DNA from: Mizuhopecten yessoensis
Lineage: Eukaryota
DNA: 64,000 nt
Direction: 5' to 3'
Assembly (NCBI RefSeq): GCF_002113885.1
Contig: NW_018407189.1
Location: 111,720-175,719 of the forward strand
Positions 60,701 through 64,000 of the stretch are shown piece by piece. The notes under the pieces are model-generated. The model did no database searches, was not told the origin of the DNA, and was given only the letters and a program-made list of their open reading frames with translations. The translations under genes and the position numbers were made by a program. Each line of letters begins with the position of its first letter. The first letter of the stretch is position 1.

Positions 60701-63700
60701 AGGCAGACAGCAGACAGGGTAATATGAAGACGGTACCTAGGGACACACAACAACCACGGTAATATGAGGACGGTGCCTAGAGAGACAACAGCCAGGGTCA
60801 TATGAGGAAGGTAAGGAGGGAGACAACAGCCAGGGTGATATGAGGACGGTGCCTAGCGAGACAACAGTCAGGGTCATATAAGGACGGTGCCTAGAGAGAC
60901 AGCAGACAGGGTAATATGAGAACGGTACCTAGGGACACACAACAACCAGGGTAATATGAGGACGGTGCCTAGAGAGACAACAGCCAGGGTCATATGAGGA
61001 CGGTACCTAGGAAAACAACAGCCTGGGTCATTTGAGGATGGTGCCTAAGGATACACATCAACCGAGTCTTATGGGGACGGTGCCTAGCGATACACAACAA
61101 CCAGGGTCATATTAGGACGGTGCCTAGCGAGACAACAGCCAGGGTCATATGAGGACGGTGCCTAGAGAGACAGTAGCCAGGGTCATACGAGGAAGGTAAG
61201 TAGGGAGACAACAGCCAGGGTCATATGAGGACGGTACCTAGGGATTCACAACAACCAGGGTCATATGACGACGGTGCCTAGAGAGACAACAAGCAGGGTA
61301 ATATGAGGACGGTTCCTAGAGAGACAACAGCCAGGTTTATATGAGAACGGTGCCTAGCGATAAAACAGACAGGGTAATATCAGGACGGAACCTAGGGAGA
61401 CACAACAACCAGGGTCATATGAGAACAGTGCCTAGCGAGACAACTACCAGGGTAATATGAGGACGGTGACTAGGGAGGCAACAGCCAGGGTCATATGACG
61501 ACGATGCCTAGAGAGACAACAAGCAGGGTAATATGAGGACGGTTCCTAGAGAGACAACAGCCAGGTTTATATGAGAACGGTGCCTAGCGATAAAACAGAC
61601 AGGGTAATATCAGGACGGAACCTAGGGAGACACAACAACCAGGGTCATATGAGAACGGTGCATAGCGAGACAACAGCCAGGGTCATATGAGGACGGTCCC
61701 TAGGGATTCACAACAACCAGGGTCATATGAGGACGGTGCCTAGAGAGACAGTAGCCAGGGTCATACGAGGAATGTAAGTAGGGAGACAACAGCCAGGGTC
61801 ATATGACGACGATGCCTAGAGAGACAACAAGCAGGGTAATATGAGGACGGTGTCTAGAAAGACAGCAGCAAGGTAAATACGAGGAAGGTAAGTAGGGAGA
61901 CAACAGCTAGGGTGATGTGAGGACGGTGCCTAGGGAGAAAAAAGCCAGGGTCATATGAGGACGGTGCCTAGAGAGACAGTAGCCAGGGTCATACTAGGAA
62001 GGTAAGTAGGGAGACAACAGCCAGGGTCATATGAGGACGGTACCTAGGAAAACAACAACCAGGGTCATCTGAGAACGGTGCCTAGCGAGACAACTACCAG
62101 GGTAATATGAGGACGGTGACTAGGGAGACAACAGCCAGGATCATTTGAAAACGGTACCTAGGCAGACAGCAGACAGGGAAATATGAGGATGGTGCCTAGG
62201 GATACACAACAACCAGGGTCTAATGAGAACATTGCCTAGCGATACACAACAACCAGGGTCATAGTAAAACGGTGCCTAGCGAGACAACAGCCAGGGTCAT
62301 ATCAGGACGGTGCCTTGAGAGACAACAGCAAGGTAAATACCAGGAAGGTAAGTAGGGAGAAAAAGGCCAGGGTCATATGAGGACGGAGCCTAGAGAGACA
62401 GCAGACAGGGTAATATGAGGACGGTACCTAGGGACACACAACAACCAGGGTAATATGAGGATGGTGCCTAGAGAGACAACAGCCAGGGTCATATGAGGAC
62501 GGTACCTAGGAAACCAACAGCCTGGGGCATTTGAGGATGGTGCCTAGGGATGCACAACAACCAGGGTCATATTAGAACGGTGCCTAGCGAGACAACAGCC
62601 AGGTTCGTATGAGGACGGTGCCTAGAGAGACAGCAGCCAGGTTCATACGAGGAAGGTAAGTAGGGAGACAACAGCCAGGGTCATATGAGGACAGTGCCTA
62701 GAGAGACAACAGCCAAGTTCATATCAGGACGGTACCTAGGGATTCACAACAACCAGGGTCATATGACGACAGTGCCTAGAGAGACAACAGCCAGTGTCAT
62801 ATGAGGACTGTGCCAAGGGAAACAACAGCCAGGGTCATATGAGAACTGTGCCTAGGGAGACAACGACCAGGGTCCTATAATGCGGTGGCTAGGGAGACAA
62901 CCGACAGTGTCATATGAGGACGGTGACTAGGGAGACAACAGCCAGAGTCATATGAGGACGGTGCCTAGGGATACACAACAACGAGGGTCATATGAGAACG
63001 GTGCCTAAGGAAACATAACAACCAGGGTCATATGAGGACGGTGCCTAGCGAGACAACTGTCAGGGTCATATGAGGATGCTGGCTAGGAAGACAACAGCAA
63101 GGGTGATATGAGGACAGTGAATAGAGAGACAACAGCCAGGGTCATATAAGAATGGTGCCTAGGGAGACAATAGACACGGTCATATGAGGACGTTGACTAA
63201 GGAGACAACAGCCAGGGTCATATGAGGACGGTGGCTAGTGAGACAACAGCCAGGGTCATATGAGGACGGAACCTAGGAAAACAACAGCCTAGCGAGACAA
63301 CAGCCAGGGTCATATGAGGACGGTACCTAGGAAAACAACAGCCTGGGTCATTTGAGGATGGTGACTAAGGATACACATCAACCAGGGTCTTATGGGGACG
63401 GTGCCTAGCGATACACGGTCATATGAGGACGGTGACTAAGGACACAACAGCCAGGGTCATATGAGGACTGTGCCTAGGGAGACAACAGTCAGGGTTATAT
63501 GAGGACGGTGCCTGGGGAGACAACAGCCAGGGTAATATGAGGACGGTACCTAGGGACACACAACAACCAGGGTAATATTAAGACGGTGTCTAGAGAGACA
63601 ACAGCCAGGGACATATGAGGACTGTGCCTAGGGAGACAACAGTCAGGGTTATATGAGGACGGTGCCTGGGGAGACAACAGCCAGGGTAATATGAGGACGG

Positions 63701-64000
63701 TACCTAGGGACACACAACAACCAGGTTAATATGAGGACGGTAGCTAGAGAGACAACAGCCAGGGTCATATGAGGACGGTGCCTAGCGAGACAACAGTCAG
63801 GGTCATATAAGGACGGTGCCTAGAGAGACAGCAGACAGGGTAATATGAGGACGGTACCTAGGGACACACAACAACCAGGTTAATATGAGGACGGTAGCTA
63901 GAGAGACAACAGCCAGGGTCATATGAGGACGGTGGCTAGTGAGACAACAGCCAGGGTCATATGAGGACTGTGCCTAGGGAGACAACAGTCAGGGTTATAT
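57724..64000. repeat. Intronic minisatellite, 38-bp unit with a 40-bp variant (AGGGAGACAACAGCCAGGGTCATATGAGGACGGTGCCT), about 160 copies, running off the window
   Basis: Head-to-tail units seen directly, with no spacers. Confidence 0.97.

Noticed and set aside
57903-63713. ORFs 57903..58148 and 63495..63713
   Set aside because: Chance open frames in the minisatellite; 38/40-bp units do not preserve frame.
57724-64000. CRISPR-like array
   Set aside because: Units are head-to-tail with no unique spacers, there are no cas genes, and the context is a eukaryotic intron.

Overview
This is AT-rich eukaryotic genomic DNA, not prokaryotic; the repeat types point to a bivalve mollusc (inference). Nearly the whole window lies inside one large minus-strand gene, an RNF213/mysterin-like AAA+ ATPase/E3 ligase. 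By hand I traced 46 GT-AG exons (57576 down to 878) that splice with consistent phase into one open frame of 7596 nt (2532 codons). They cover part of the N-terminal arm and the AAA core, with intact Walker motifs. The start codon and the E3 module lie outside the window. The introns hold decayed transposons: a CR1-group LINE with a 2A-like/PHD N-terminus, an RTE-X-like LINE, and a Gypsy element with the unusual Gmr1 order (INT before RT). A Penelope fragment is nested in that Gypsy element and carries a hammerhead ribozyme motif in the sense of the host pre-mRNA. Also present are an IS3EU-like transposase remnant, Helentron-type HINE elements with internal satellite arrays, SINE remnants and a >6 kb 38/40-bp minisatellite with higher-order structure. 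Exon boundaries were read manually; family assignments rest on recalled motifs and no searches were run.
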